The notes below the pieces were generated by a model that saw nothing but the letters and a program-made list of their open reading frames with translations, made no database searches and was not told the DNA's origin. From IMG/VR virus record IMGVR_UViG_3300020148_000031: 64,000 bases of DNA; one strand, given 5' to 3'. A program made the translations under genes and the position numbers. Source of the stretch: an uncultured virus (IMG/VR IMGVR_UViG_3300020148_000031) (lineage: Duplodnaviria > Heunggongvirae > Uroviricota > Caudoviricetes). The first letter of the stretch is position 1. Every line of letters starts with the position of its first letter. Of the stretch, positions 1 through 10,503 are shown piece after piece.

Positions 1-1326
1 TGAAAGGATAATTGATCCAATATAACTAGCAAATTCTGGTTCAGAATCAGAATTAAGGGAGAATAAAATAACTGTACCTGGTTTTTGAGTTAACTCGAAA
101 ATGTTAATATTCTGACCTTCAGGCCCTCGTTTTAACCATTCTCCATATTCAGAAGCAACAATAGTTCTTAGTTGCCCTTTTAATTCTTCTATTGCGCGTG
201 TAGTACCTGAAGTTTTTGAGCGGGAGGCCATGTCTATTTGTTCAGCAGACTTTTGAATAGGTGTACCCTCACAAGCGGCAGCTAATTCTGTTAAATTTGC
301 CCCATATAATGCACTAGCGAGTCTTAATATACCTCCACTTTCCCATTCAATATGAGGAGCTTTCTTTCGATCAGCATATTCTAACATTGAAAATAATACT
401 TGAAGAAGCTCTTGCATGTATCCTTTATATACTGCTGATGCAGTATCATATTCTCTCATACCTAGAATCATGTCAGCATTAGTTGTAGGTGATCCGCCTA
501 TAAGAGGGTCATAATAAGATTGCCCTTTACTTCCCTCAATATTATATTTTTCTTTTTTACCATTGACAAAATGATAAAAATCTCCACCATTTTCTTCTGT
601 CCATTTAGCGACTTTCGATGCTAACTCAGGTGATCTCTTAAAGTCAATAATAACAAGAGGTTTTCTACTTTCAATGTCGTTAAGAATCAGAGAAAGCATG
701 GTAAAAGTTTTACCAGAACCAGATGCTCCAACAATAAGTGTATGTTTTTGAGCTTCAGTATCATAACGATAAACAATGTTGTCTCTCTTATATGTTTCAT
801 CTAAACCAAGAGGCGCTTTTTCCTGAGATGAATACAAACCTTTTTTCAAATTCTCAATTTTTTTCTTTAATTTAAAAATTTCTAGAGGAGTTCGCTCATA
901 TTTAAATTGATATGTCCAAGTTCCTGGAAGCTGTAATCGATGAGGATTTTGCTTCATTTGGTAAACTTCCCAATGGGTAAGACCTAACCCTATGACCCCA
1001 CCAAGAGCTATATTAATGATAATAGCTAGAGGAAGAAGATTTGTCCAATTATCTTGAATTTCAGTAATATGTTGAATAACATCAAGACCTTTATCAAAAG
1101 GTTTTATTATTATCCAGGATATGACTAATATTACATCAATAAGAATTACAGTTGACCATATAACTGATAGTCTTTGTCTCTTTTTTACTAGTAATAGCCT
1201 AAAAAGTATTCCAATGAGAACAGCTGGAAGAAATAAAATCCCTAGAAGAATAAGTAATCCATTGTTTCTTCTACCGGAATCTTCGAAATTATTTTCGTTT
1301 TCTTCCATTTCTTTACTACTGAACAT
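1..1326 (-). CDS. VirD4/TraD-like type IV coupling protein (partial, runs off window start)
   Basis: Hand translation from ATG at 1326: N-terminal hydrophobic segments, then HTLIVGASGSGKT (Walker A) followed by LVIIDFK. Not in the ORF track because it is truncated by the window. Confidence 0.7.
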   Translation of the reverse strand, partial: MFSSKEMEENENNFEDSGRRNNGLLILLGILFLPAVLIGILFRLLLVKKRQRLSVIWSTVILIDVILVISWIIIKPFDKGLDVIQHITEIQDNWTNLLPLAIIINIALGGVIGLGLTHWEVYQMKQNPHRLQLPGTWTYQFKYERTPLEIFKLKKKIENLKKGLYSSQEKAPLGLDETYKRDNIVYRYDTEAQKHTLIVGASGSGKTFTMLSLILNDIESRKPLVIIDFKRSPELASKVAKWTEENGGDFYHFVNGKKEKYNIEGSKGQSYYDPLIGGSPTTNADMILGMREYDTASAVYKGYMQELLQVLFSMLEYADRKKAPHIEWESGGILRLASALYGANLTELAAACEGTPIQKSAEQIDMASRSKTSGTTRAIEELKGQLRTIVASEYGEWLKRGPEGQNINIFELTQKPGTVILFSLNSDSEPEFASYIGSIILS

Positions 1327-1387
1327 ATATTTCCCTAACTCTTTGAGAACTAATATTCAATATCAAAGATATTACAATAAAGAAAAC

Positions 1388-3364
1388 TTAATTAATTCCT
1401 TTCCTTAAATTTGAGAGCGGATCGAATCCATATTCTTCAACAAGTTGACTATAAATAGGCGGATCAAATTCCTCAAGCATCTTATTATATTCTTCAACAG
1501 CTTTAGAGTTATTTTTCATACTAAAGAATGCAAGATTATCTATTTCTTCAATAAATGTTAATCTCTTTTTAACTTTAGAGATAATATCAACAGCACTCTC
1601 ATCATCAATTAAGTTAAGGAGGGAAAGCATCTCTTCTAAAATCTCTTGCCTCTTTATATTAATTGAATCTCTTGATTCCTCAAGAGGCAAAATTAAATAA
1701 AAGTTGTTTTTTATTTCTTTTCGAGTATGAGAAAAACCATCAATATGTGTCTCTAGATTAATTCTTTCAGAAGTTTCTTCATAATCTTCATTCTCAATCA
1801 TAAACTTAATTCTCATCTCTTCAAGATTTTGAACAAGTTCAGAATAGATTGATGAGTAATATTCAATCTCTTCCTCAATAGGAACTAAAGTCTTTTCATA
1901 ATCATCATTAACTTTAGATAGATTAAGAAGGTCTTCCTTATAAGGGCTGTTAAGACTTTGTATAGAGTCTGTCAAAGATATACTTAATGATTCTTCCTCC
2001 CTTATACTTGAAATATCTTTAAGTTCTTCATCTTCTTGAATAATCTGTCTAGCTAGTTCCTTAGGGTCTAATACCTCTATTTCTTCTGTCTTTGAAGATT
2101 CTTCAAAAATTTGAATAACATCTGGTGCTGGCTCTTCATTTTTAAGAGTATAGGAAAATTCTTCTAACTTAGGAGTTTCTTCAATCTCATTCTCAGAGAA
2201 TGACGAATCTTGATTATTTATATTGAATAAATCTTGACTGAGACGAGGTTTTTCTGAGAAGAGAGGTTCAGTAATAAAATCTTTCTCTTCCTTGAATATA
2301 ATAGGTTCAATCTCGTTAGTATCATGCATTTCATCAACGAAAGAACTATCATCTTCATTTTCAGAATCTAATAGATTAATCATTTGTTCTATATTTTCAT
2401 CTTTATTAAGATGTTCTGGCCCACCGAGTAATGAAGTAGACAGGTATGAATTACTTTCGATGTTATCTTGTATTGAAGAAAATTCTTCAATTTCTTTATC
2501 AAATGACTCTTCCAGAGTTTCATCTTCATTAGAAACTGGAGTAATTTCAGGTAACATCATCATACTTGCAGGATTCTTTATACTAATGAAACCAGCAAGT
2601 TTAAGATTTAAGAGAGTTTGGAGAATTGATTGCCACAAGAAACCGCCGTGCAGGTCTTTTAACATGTAAAGATTTGCTTCATCTGAAGCTGCATAGAGAA
2701 TAAAAGTTTCTTCAGCTGTTTCTCCAGTAAAGTCTTGATTGATTGTTAGGATAATATCTTCATCATTAAAAGAATCAAGTTCTAACCTGTGAATAAGATC
2801 TTTTTCTTTTTCTATCATATTCATGACAGCAGGTTTTAAATTCTTTAAATGAAGGTTGAGAAAATCATATTTTTTAATTTTTTCGGAGATTTCTTTTTGA
2901 TGTATAACTTCTGTTTTTACGGGTGTTTCAGATGTAACAATTTTAGATAGATTAATAAGATTATCAACAGAAAGGTTCCAGTAAAATTCTTTAACAAAGT
3001 TTTCATTTTCTAGATTTTCATTAAGAACTTCTAAATATCTTGATCCGTCATTTTTATCAACATTATCAAGAATTGATTCTTTTAAGCTTTCATCTTGATT
3101 AGACCAAAATAATCTTTCATTAAAAGAAAATTTTACCTCTGGGTCTTCAACATAAATTATGTTACTGTCAGAAATATATACTTTTACTGCTCTTTCTGCT
3201 GAAAGAAGAAAAGTGACAATTTTAGTATCTTTCGACCCTAAATCTACTTCATTAGAGATAGCGTCAAAAAAATTTGAATATGATCTTTTCTGAGCAATAA
3301 TCTCTTCAACTGATTGCTCTTCAGACTTATCAGTTATTTTCTTTTTCTTCTTAAAGAGAGACAT
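1388..3364 (-). CDS. Hypothetical acidic protein, 658 aa
   Basis: Long ORF with an AGGA RBS; Glu/Asp-rich centre; no recognised motif. Confidence 0.6.
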   Translation of the reverse strand: MSLFKKKKKITDKSEEQSVEEIIAQKRSYSNFFDAISNEVDLGSKDTKIVTFLLSAERAVKVYISDSNIIYVEDPEVKFSFNERLFWSNQDESLKESILDNVDKNDGSRYLEVLNENLENENFVKEFYWNLSVDNLINLSKIVTSETPVKTEVIHQKEISEKIKKYDFLNLHLKNLKPAVMNMIEKEKDLIHRLELDSFNDEDIILTINQDFTGETAEETFILYAASDEANLYMLKDLHGGFLWQSILQTLLNLKLAGFISIKNPASMMMLPEITPVSNEDETLEESFDKEIEEFSSIQDNIESNSYLSTSLLGGPEHLNKDENIEQMINLLDSENEDDSSFVDEMHDTNEIEPIIFKEEKDFITEPLFSEKPRLSQDLFNINNQDSSFSENEIEETPKLEEFSYTLKNEEPAPDVIQIFEESSKTEEIEVLDPKELARQIIQEDEELKDISSIREEESLSISLTDSIQSLNSPYKEDLLNLSKVNDDYEKTLVPIEEEIEYYSSIYSELVQNLEEMRIKFMIENEDYEETSERINLETHIDGFSHTRKEIKNNFYLILPLEESRDSINIKRQEILEEMLSLLNLIDDESAVDIISKVKKRLTFIEEIDNLAFFSMKNNSKAVEEYNKMLEEFDPPIYSQLVEEYGFDPLSNLRKGIN

Positions 3365-3405
3365 ATAAAATCCTAACTATTATACCTTAGTGAAATATCA
3401 TTAAT

Positions 3406-5250
3406 TTAAGATTTCTTTAGAGCTTCTAGTTCTTCTTTTTCTTTATTTAATGCTGAGATAAAGAATGCTACATCTTCCTCATTTGAATTTTCAAGAATAT
3501 TAGAAATATTCATTTTTACTCTTAAGATTTCTTTTTCTTGTTCCATACCTTTCAAGGTATAAAATAAATGCATAAATTGCTCTTTTTGATCTTCCCTATC
3601 CATAAGGTGGATAAGAGGAAAGAAGTTTTTACTCATAATAGATTTCATTAATTCCGAATGAGTAAAGATTTCAGGTATGATTGGCCTATCAAATGTTACT
3701 TTAGTAACGATTTCTTTCACAAGAGGAACTAGATCCTTAGGAATAATATGAATGCTCTTTTTAAGAGCTTGTAAAAATTCAGAATCAAGTAAAGATAGAG
3801 AGATAAGACGAATAGCAATTTGGTAAGTCTCATTTTCTTTTATTTTCTTTACAAGTTCCGTTTGATCTATTTCTTCTAAATTTGGACGTGAACTTACACT
3901 AGAAGTTTCTTCTTTTGAAGAATGAGAATTCATATCGAATGGTTGAGCAGTTTCAATAACATTTTTTACTGTTTCTATGGTTACGAAAGCTTCAAGTGCG
4001 ACTTTCTTAGTGTATACCTCTCTAAGGGAGAGAGAATTAACAGATTTAAGAACCCGGGCAGCTTCGTCTAAAAATTTTGATCTTTCGATTTCTTTTTTTA
4101 AGTCATATTTTTTAGAAACTTGATCAATCATAAATTCTATGATATGTATTTCTTTTTCGGAAACAAATTTTACCAGACCTTCATTCCCATTTTGTAAGCG
4201 ATAATCACATGGATCTTGATCTTTTGGAAAAATCACTACATAAGCTTGAGAGTGAATCATTGGTATAGTTTGGAACACCTTTTCAGCAGCTTTTATACCC
4301 GCTTTGTCACCATCAAAACAAAATACTATTTTCCCAGATTCAGTTACTAGTCTTCTACAAATAAGACCTTGCTTTTCAGTAAAAGCTGTACCAGAACTAG
4401 CCACTACATTAGTTAAACCAGCCTCAACGAAACTTGCTACGTCAAATTGTCCTTCAGTAATATAAATAGTTTTTTCTTCAGAGGCTTTCTTTTTAGCGTT
4501 TGAAAGATTAAAAAGAATACTACTTTTGTCAAATAATGGACCATCTGAAGAATTTACATATTTCCCCCGACTGTCATTTTCATAAAGTTTTCTACCAGAA
4601 AAACCTACTGGTTTACCAGCAATATCTGTAATGATAAACATAAGTCTACCATTCCAAAAATCTGAATAAGAAATCTTCCCGTCTTTTTCAAAGCGAGAGA
4701 TTACGCCTGCTTGCATCATAATCTCTTCAGAATACCCTTTATTCTTTAATAAGTCATAAAGAGAACGTCTTTTTTCTGGAGCGTAACCATAAAACAGTTT
4801 TCGTTCGTTTAATTCACGTTCAATAACTTGTTGTCTAGCTGGATGCTCTTTATTTAGTTTTCGATACTCAGAAACATAATAATTAGCAGTTTCTTTCAAT
4901 ACTTCTTTTATAGAAGTGTAATCAATTCCGCTCTCTTCTGAACTAATTGAAAGAGTAATGCCCTTATCAGCGGCGAGCTTCTGTATAGCAGAATAAAAGT
5001 CAAGGTGTTCATATTCCTGAACAAAGGTTAACAAATCCCCGTTAGCGCCGCAGCCAAAGCATCTATAATTTTGGAAATATTCATTAACAATGAATGATGG
5101 AGTTTTCTCATTATGGAAAGGACATAAACCCTTCCACTTGTTTACACCATTTTGTTTTAACTGAATTCCAGCCTGACTAATATAATCAGCAATATTGTAT
5201 GCTGTCTTTATCTCTGTAACAGACGCTTTTAGAGAGTTTTTTTCATTCAT
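3406..5250 (-). CDS. dnaG: DNA primase DnaG
   Basis: CHC2 zinc finger CPFH...CFGC, TOPRIM motifs EGQFD and FDGD, and KYVNS motif. Confidence 0.95.
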   Translation of the reverse strand: MNEKNSLKASVTEIKTAYNIADYISQAGIQLKQNGVNKWKGLCPFHNEKTPSFIVNEYFQNYRCFGCGANGDLLTFVQEYEHLDFYSAIQKLAADKGITLSISSEESGIDYTSIKEVLKETANYYVSEYRKLNKEHPARQQVIERELNERKLFYGYAPEKRRSLYDLLKNKGYSEEIMMQAGVISRFEKDGKISYSDFWNGRLMFIITDIAGKPVGFSGRKLYENDSRGKYVNSSDGPLFDKSSILFNLSNAKKKASEEKTIYITEGQFDVASFVEAGLTNVVASSGTAFTEKQGLICRRLVTESGKIVFCFDGDKAGIKAAEKVFQTIPMIHSQAYVVIFPKDQDPCDYRLQNGNEGLVKFVSEKEIHIIEFMIDQVSKKYDLKKEIERSKFLDEAARVLKSVNSLSLREVYTKKVALEAFVTIETVKNVIETAQPFDMNSHSSKEETSSVSSRPNLEEIDQTELVKKIKENETYQIAIRLISLSLLDSEFLQALKKSIHIIPKDLVPLVKEIVTKVTFDRPIIPEIFTHSELMKSIMSKNFFPLIHLMDREDQKEQFMHLFYTLKGMEQEKEILRVKMNISNILENSNEEDVAFFISALNKEKEELEALKKS

Positions 5251-5290
5251 GAAGATATTATACCATTCAAATGTTTATAGATTTTGAAAA

Positions 5291-5542
5291 TTAAGCCCAA
5301 AGATCGTCATCTGAACCATCGGAATTGATGGCTCTAATTTTTTCAGGATTAAAACCTGACCAGGAATCATTTTCAGTAAAAATTACTGGAGCTTCTCTAA
5401 ACCCAGCCTGTTTGATTCTCATGAGAGCTTCTTTATCTTTAGTAATGTCTATTTCATCATAAGAAATATTTAAAGATTTAAATTCATTTTTTGTTTTTTC
5501 ACAATTTACACAATTTGGCTTAGTATAAATTAATACGGACAT
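5291..5542 (-). CDS. nrdH: Glutaredoxin-like NrdH
   Basis: YTKPNCVNC, APVI and WSGFNPEKI motifs. Confidence 0.9.
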   Translation of the reverse strand: MSVLIYTKPNCVNCEKTKNEFKSLNISYDEIDITKDKEALMRIKQAGFREAPVIFTENDSWSGFNPEKIRAINSDGSDDDLWA

Positions 5543-5544
5543 TT

Positions 5545-6093
5545 TTAACTCCTGTTAAGATTAAGGTTTTTAAGATAATAAACATATTCTTTTATAGAGT
5601 TTTCTACATCAGATGTAGCGCGATGCTTTTTAGACTTCTCAAATCCAGGTATGAAAGAATTCTTTTGTACTGTAAGTGAGATACTAGTTACATCAATCGA
5701 TCTATATGACAATAAGTTATAAGTTCTTGGTAAATGTAATTTCATAAACATTCTATCAAGAGTGACTGTGTTTCCACCTAAATATAAAAAATCTATGTTT
5801 GTAGAATATTCCCGAATCCACCGAGATAAAGAATAATCAATATCTTCTATATCGTAAGTATGAGAACTCCAAAGATCTTCCCATAGCCCAGATTTTTCAT
5901 GCATTTTCTTTATTTCATCTTCAGCGGATTCTATTATTTCAGATAAATTGTCTATTTTGGATAATCTATGGAAATAATCACTTATTTTCTCTCCAGACAT
6001 GTCAGTGATGCAAGAGGCTATTTCTAACAATTTGTCTGTTTCAGGAGAGGTTCCAGACATTTCTATATCAATCCAAGCTATTAATTCTGACAT
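5545..6093 (-). CDS. orn: Oligoribonuclease (DEDDh)
   Basis: WIDIEMSG, MHEKSGL, YRSIDVTSI and HRATSDV motifs. Confidence 0.85.
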   Translation of the reverse strand: MSELIAWIDIEMSGTSPETDKLLEIASCITDMSGEKISDYFHRLSKIDNLSEIIESAEDEIKKMHEKSGLWEDLWSSHTYDIEDIDYSLSRWIREYSTNIDFLYLGGNTVTLDRMFMKLHLPRTYNLLSYRSIDVTSISLTVQKNSFIPGFEKSKKHRATSDVENSIKEYVYYLKNLNLNRS

Positions 6094-6096
6094 GAA

Positions 6097-6375
6097 TTAT
6101 CTTTTTCTTTCAACAGATATTGCTAATCTTCCATCAGTAGTGATGAAACCTTCAGCTTCTTCAAAGACAGTAAAATTAAAATAATCAGAAAGTTTAGTAG
6201 CAATATATGTAAGATGTGGAGTTGATCTCTTCATTGATTCAGGTATTGAAATATTAAAAAACACTATTTCATAAAGTTTTACATTAGGAAATTGTCTTTT
6301 TTCTATATCGGATATAGATATTTCTTGTAAAATCTTTTCGATCACTCGATCAATTTTTACTATGTCTAACTCCAC
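6097..6375 (-). CDS. Hypothetical protein
   Basis: ORF with a GGAG RBS in an operon-like array. Confidence 0.5.
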   Translation of the reverse strand: MELDIVKIDRVIEKILQEISISDIEKRQFPNVKLYEIVFFNISIPESMKRSTPHLTYIATKLSDYFNFTVFEEAEGFITTDGRLAISVERKR

Positions 6376-6423
6376 ATTTACTCCAATGTTTTATTTGTTT
6401 TTAATATCGGTAATCATTCTTTG

Positions 6424-6726
6424 TTACTCTTTTAAATATAAAATAAAATCTTGAACTTTCTTTGGAGATAAATTTTCTTCAGAGGCAATAATCATGAAGT
6501 TAATAATTACTAATTCTTGGAAATCTCTAGAGTCTAGACCTTGCCTAATTTCAGACATTGTTTTTTCTATAGACTTTACAAAAGCTTGTTTAACTAATTG
6601 GTCTTCATTTACTCTCTCTTCATTAAGACGATGAGCTTCAACCTTAAGTATGTTTACTAGATCTTCTAATTTAGACATTGTTAAATCCTTTACAAAATAA
6701 ACAACCACCAAAGGGATAAGAAGCAA
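6424..6726 (-). CDS. Hypothetical protein (likely start at internal MSKLED)
   Basis: ORF; AAGGA RBS precedes the internal ATG. Confidence 0.5.
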   Translation of the reverse strand: MLLIPLVVVYFVKDLTMSKLEDLVNILKVEAHRLNEERVNEDQLVKQAFVKSIEKTMSEIRQGLDSRDFQELVIINFMIIASEENLSPKKVQDFILYLKE

Positions 6727-6804
6727 AAGCGTTCAAAATAGACTATTCTGCTAGATAACACTTGCTCAAATTCTTTGGTGGCTGTTTATTATACCGGTAT
6801 AAAA

Positions 6805-7371
6805 CTAATATCGCTTTGAGTTTTTTCTTTTAAAAATTTTAAGAAAAACATTAGTTCGTGAGAAAAGCATAAGAGAGTATAATATGCTACTTATAGACAC
6901 TAAGCTTATCACTGATACTGGATTAAATAAATATCCAAGTTTTGGAATCCATGCTATTATTTCCCCTATTACTTGATCATCAGTTATTGCTGGATCACTT
7001 ACATTATTAGAGTCACCTTTAGTAATGTATTCGGTTTCGCTTTTGCTTACAATTCTATGAGTAATAGGTCCGTCAGGGTGCCATGAGGCATTATAAGCAA
7101 TAATGTCACCTTCTTCCAACGATCCGTAGTGATCTTCAGAAAGTAGTATTAAATCTCCTCTTTCAAAAGTCGGGACCATTGAATTAGACACTACATACAT
7201 GATTCTCATTTGACCAGCTGCAACGAAAAGATTAACTATTACAATAGGAATAATAAAGAAAAGTGTGATTTGAAAAAGAACCCTTAATCTTTTCTCTATT
7301 TTAGATCTTTTGCGTAATGATCTTCTTGTTGGAAGTTTCTTTAAAAGAGAACTCCCCTTCTCTTTTTTCAT
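6805..7371 (-). CDS. Signal peptidase I, SipW/S26B-type
   Basis: TM segment, VSNSMVPTFERGD (catalytic Ser), ITHRIV (His), TKGDSN..D, and a C-terminal TM segment. Confidence 0.85.
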   Translation of the reverse strand: MKKEKGSSLLKKLPTRRSLRKRSKIEKRLRVLFQITLFFIIPIVIVNLFVAAGQMRIMYVVSNSMVPTFERGDLILLSEDHYGSLEEGDIIAYNASWHPDGPITHRIVSKSETEYITKGDSNNVSDPAITDDQVIGEIIAWIPKLGYLFNPVSVISLVSISSILYSLMLFSRTNVFLKIFKRKNSKRY

Positions 7372-7385
7372 AAAAAATCTCTTTC

Positions 7386-8570
7386 TTAAGCAGCAACCCT
7401 AGATTCTTTTAGGCCATCAAACCATGGCTGAACTCGAGTTTTAATATACTCATTCATTGTAACACCTGAGCCAGGAGAAACTTCATCATTTTTATTAATT
7501 CTGAAATCTCTGTATTCGTGATCATTAATAAGAACTCTCACATCAGCGAAATCTAATCCTGTACTATTTAAATAATACAGAGTTTGGGCACGATAACCAA
7601 TAGGGACTCCGTCTTTCCAATCACCAGGATTACCAGAAGTTTTAATTTCAAGGATTCCATTAATTTGCCCATCTTTTCTATCACTAATGAAACCATCCAT
7701 ATTTAAAGTTTGCCAAGGGCGATCAGGATGGGCATATTGTCTTTTACTTGTAAATACTTTATATCCGGGATGAGCTTTTGCATATTCACTTGCAATTCGT
7801 CGTTCCCAAACAGTACCTCTATATGCGGCTCCAGTTTTAAGTACACCAAAAAGATTTTGACGGCGGGCTACATCTTCCGGTGTAGGCATAGAGATTTTAG
7901 ACTTTTCGACATTATAAAAATTCTTCTTATCAAACCATGAAAGGCTTTCTTCACTTTTAAAATCCATTACTGCAATTGCACCTACATCAGAGCCGCCAAT
8001 AGAATTAAATCGTGCTTCTAGCCATTCTTTAGAATTAGATTCAAAACCAGTCACTGGTACAAGATTTCCAATATGTTCATTTTCGTCTAATTCTATAAGT
8101 GTATCATTATAGAACTTGCTATTTCCAAGTGCTTCTACTAGTTCAGCTGTTTTATTTCGATAAAGATCAAAATCTTTAGTAATTGCTCTGAAAGTTTTAG
8201 AGTCTACTTTATTAGTAGCGTCAATATTTTTAGGGTCACAATTTTCAAGTTGTAATGCTCTTTTTGATGAATACTTCATTCTTTCATCTAGAACCTTTTC
8301 AAAAGCTTGATAAATAGAAGGGTTAGAATCAACAATTTCTTCTAGTTCTGAATAACTTATTAATTCTAATTTTTCTGAAAGAATATTAATATCTAAATCT
8401 TTCTTATTTGTTACAAATAATGGAGATTCATTCTTTAAAATGTCTTCATATGCGGAGAGAGCTTCTTCCTTTGAAGAATAATGCGGTGCATTAACCCCAT
8501 ACGGACAATTCCCCCTTTTTGCTTTACAAAGCAGAGGACCCTTCTCAGGGTTAATATGAAATTTAGCCAT
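7386..8570 (-). CDS. HCCH-leader protein with YqaJ/lambda-exonuclease-like domain
   Basis: Leader FHINPEKGPLLCKAKRGNCPYG..PHY; C-terminal WLEARFNSIGGSD, G..WE, MDG, LEIKT and Q..YY motifs. Confidence 0.8.
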   Translation of the reverse strand: MAKFHINPEKGPLLCKAKRGNCPYGVNAPHYSSKEEALSAYEDILKNESPLFVTNKKDLDINILSEKLELISYSELEEIVDSNPSIYQAFEKVLDERMKYSSKRALQLENCDPKNIDATNKVDSKTFRAITKDFDLYRNKTAELVEALGNSKFYNDTLIELDENEHIGNLVPVTGFESNSKEWLEARFNSIGGSDVGAIAVMDFKSEESLSWFDKKNFYNVEKSKISMPTPEDVARRQNLFGVLKTGAAYRGTVWERRIASEYAKAHPGYKVFTSKRQYAHPDRPWQTLNMDGFISDRKDGQINGILEIKTSGNPGDWKDGVPIGYRAQTLYYLNSTGLDFADVRVLINDHEYRDFRINKNDEVSPGSGVTMNEYIKTRVQPWFDGLKESRVAA

Positions 8571-8634
8571 TTGTAAAATCCTTCTTTTTAGCGATTTTGT
8601 TTATTATTTTTCTAAAAAGAGTATTTTACTTATT

Positions 8635-9144
8635 TTATTTAATTAAATGAGAACAATATTGTTTTAAAAGACGTTCAATAAAAACAGCTTCTAAAGCTTC
8701 AGGTCCGTATTTTTCAAGCCATTCTGTTGTAAGGGAAAAAGCAAAATCAAACCAACTCTCAGGTAAAAATTCTTCTTCCCAGAAAAAACTAGAATTAAGC
8801 TTAATAAGACTTAAATCAATAAGAAATCCACTTTCTAATAAAATCATTCCAGACCCAACTTTAGGTGGTAATGCCCAACCTCTAAGAAATATCTTATCTT
8901 TTCTCTGTAGAGGTTTAAAATTAGTTTCTTTCTTTATTTCAATTTTATGAATTTTATTAAATGCATTCTTCCTAAGAATGAGAGAAGTTTTTCGGGTCAA
9001 ATTATCACATGCCGATAAATTCTCTCTAAAATAATCATCGATTGTTGTTAAATGATTCTTCTTTGGAGCGAACTCGCTGTAAAAGAATTCATCATTAATT
9101 GGATTACTACTATTTGTAATATTGTCTCTTTCTCTCTTATTCAT
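8635..9144 (-). CDS. Hypothetical protein
   Basis: 169-aa ORF with a GAGG RBS. Confidence 0.5.
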   Translation of the reverse strand: MNKRERDNITNSSNPINDEFFYSEFAPKKNHLTTIDDYFRENLSACDNLTRKTSLILRKNAFNKIHKIEIKKETNFKPLQRKDKIFLRGWALPPKVGSGMILLESGFLIDLSLIKLNSSFFWEEEFLPESWFDFAFSLTTEWLEKYGPEALEAVFIERLLKQYCSHLIK

Positions 9145-9164
9145 TATATTTCCTCTTACTTGCT

Positions 9165-9202
9165 AGGTATAGCGCAAGACAGAGGTTTCTTGCGCTATAC
9201 CT
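9165..9202. terminator. Stem-loop, probable terminator after thyX
   Basis: Perfect 15-bp inverted repeat aggtatagcgcaaga / tcttgcgctatacct. Confidence 0.65.
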
Positions 9203-9222
9203 TTATTAAATAATTTAATACT

Positions 9223-10305
9223 TTATCTTGGAACATCCTCAAAATTAAGAAGTCGTCTTAATTGACCCCAATCAGAGTTAAAGTTACCAGAAACTCCATC
9301 AGGAACATTTAAGAAATTAGTTTTAACATCATAATTCTTTAAAGAAATAGCAATATGCTCAAATGGGCTCAAATGCTTCATCTTCAAAAGACGATAACCT
9401 AACGCAGTTGTAGCAGTGCTTTTCTCGGCTTTTGATTTATCTTTATATGAAATTTGAGCGCATTCTGTAGCTGAAAGCATAAGAAGATCCTTTAATTCTT
9501 CAAAAGAAGCAGTTGAAGAAGGAATTAATTCGTCATCTATAAATGGAAGGTGAATCCAACTTACTGATGCTTCAGAAACTTCGAGAGCTTTCTTAACTAA
9601 GAAACTTATAGCTTGAATTTCGGGTTGTGCAGAACCTTCAGTTCTTAACTCTAAGAAGTTTTTCCAGAAGTTTGAAGTAACAAGAACTTCATGCCACATA
9701 TATGGTTCAAGAATTCTATTGACATTTTGTTTGTGAATTGATGAAGTTCCTTCTTTTAATTCTCCAGTGTTGTCATATACTTTATCATAATAAAGATCAA
9801 CCCATTTTTCCCATTCGGAAGCTATAGTTTTGTGATCAGCATATTTTTTATCAAAAAGTTCTCCTAAAAGAAGTGAAAGAGTATGAACAACTGCACTATC
9901 TCTAGCTTCTAGCCAATTAGAAATAGCTGCTTCTCGCCCTTCAGAAGTAACATATTCTCCTGACATTCCTTTTTGATTAACAGTAAAAAGGGGAATGTAA
10001 GGATTAGTCATTACATCTTCAATAGTGACACGAATTGAACGCGCTCGAGAAGATGCTGAATTGCGACTGAAGACACGATGCGTATTAAATTCAGGGAGAA
10101 TCACTCTTGGGAACCTTAAGATTAAACTTGTTAATCGAGAATCTTCAGAGCAACCCTGAGCTACAGTATCTGCTATAACAATAGCTTGGTAAGAGTCAAG
10201 AATTGGATCAGTATATGAAAGCTTTTTGTAAGCTTTCTTACGATAAGGAAGATTCACATCTTCAACAAGAATCGTAGTAAAATCAGGTTTTAAAGGTTCA
10301 GACAC
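9223..10305 (-). CDS. thyX: Flavin-dependent thymidylate synthase (phage-type)
   Basis: EFNTHRVFSRNSASSRA, HKQNVNRILEP, AQPEI and HLSPFEH motifs. Confidence 0.85.
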   Translation of the reverse strand: MSEPLKPDFTTILVEDVNLPYRKKAYKKLSYTDPILDSYQAIVIADTVAQGCSEDSRLTSLILRFPRVILPEFNTHRVFSRNSASSRARSIRVTIEDVMTNPYIPLFTVNQKGMSGEYVTSEGREAAISNWLEARDSAVVHTLSLLLGELFDKKYADHKTIASEWEKWVDLYYDKVYDNTGELKEGTSSIHKQNVNRILEPYMWHEVLVTSNFWKNFLELRTEGSAQPEIQAISFLVKKALEVSEASVSWIHLPFIDDELIPSSTASFEELKDLLMLSATECAQISYKDKSKAEKSTATTALGYRLLKMKHLSPFEHIAISLKNYDVKTNFLNVPDGVSGNFNSDWGQLRRLLNFEDVPR

Positions 10306-10432
10306 AAATATCTCTCTTTCTCATATTTTTAGATTATTAATACTATTTTAACTTCTCACGTTCTATAAATTGCGCTAAAGCTAATTAACTTTTTTTATTT
10401 TTCAGAAAATAATATCAATTTAGGAAAAGAGA

Positions 10433-10468
10433 AAGGGTGGTGCTACTTTAACGAGTAGCACCACCCTT
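10433..10468 (-). terminator. Intrinsic terminator after the rIIB-like gene
   Basis: 15-bp stem aagggtggtgctact / agtagcaccaccctt followed by a T-rich tract on the minus strand. Confidence 0.75.
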
Positions 10469-10503
10469 GAGGAATCAATCTATTATTTTTAACAGATCAA
10501 AAT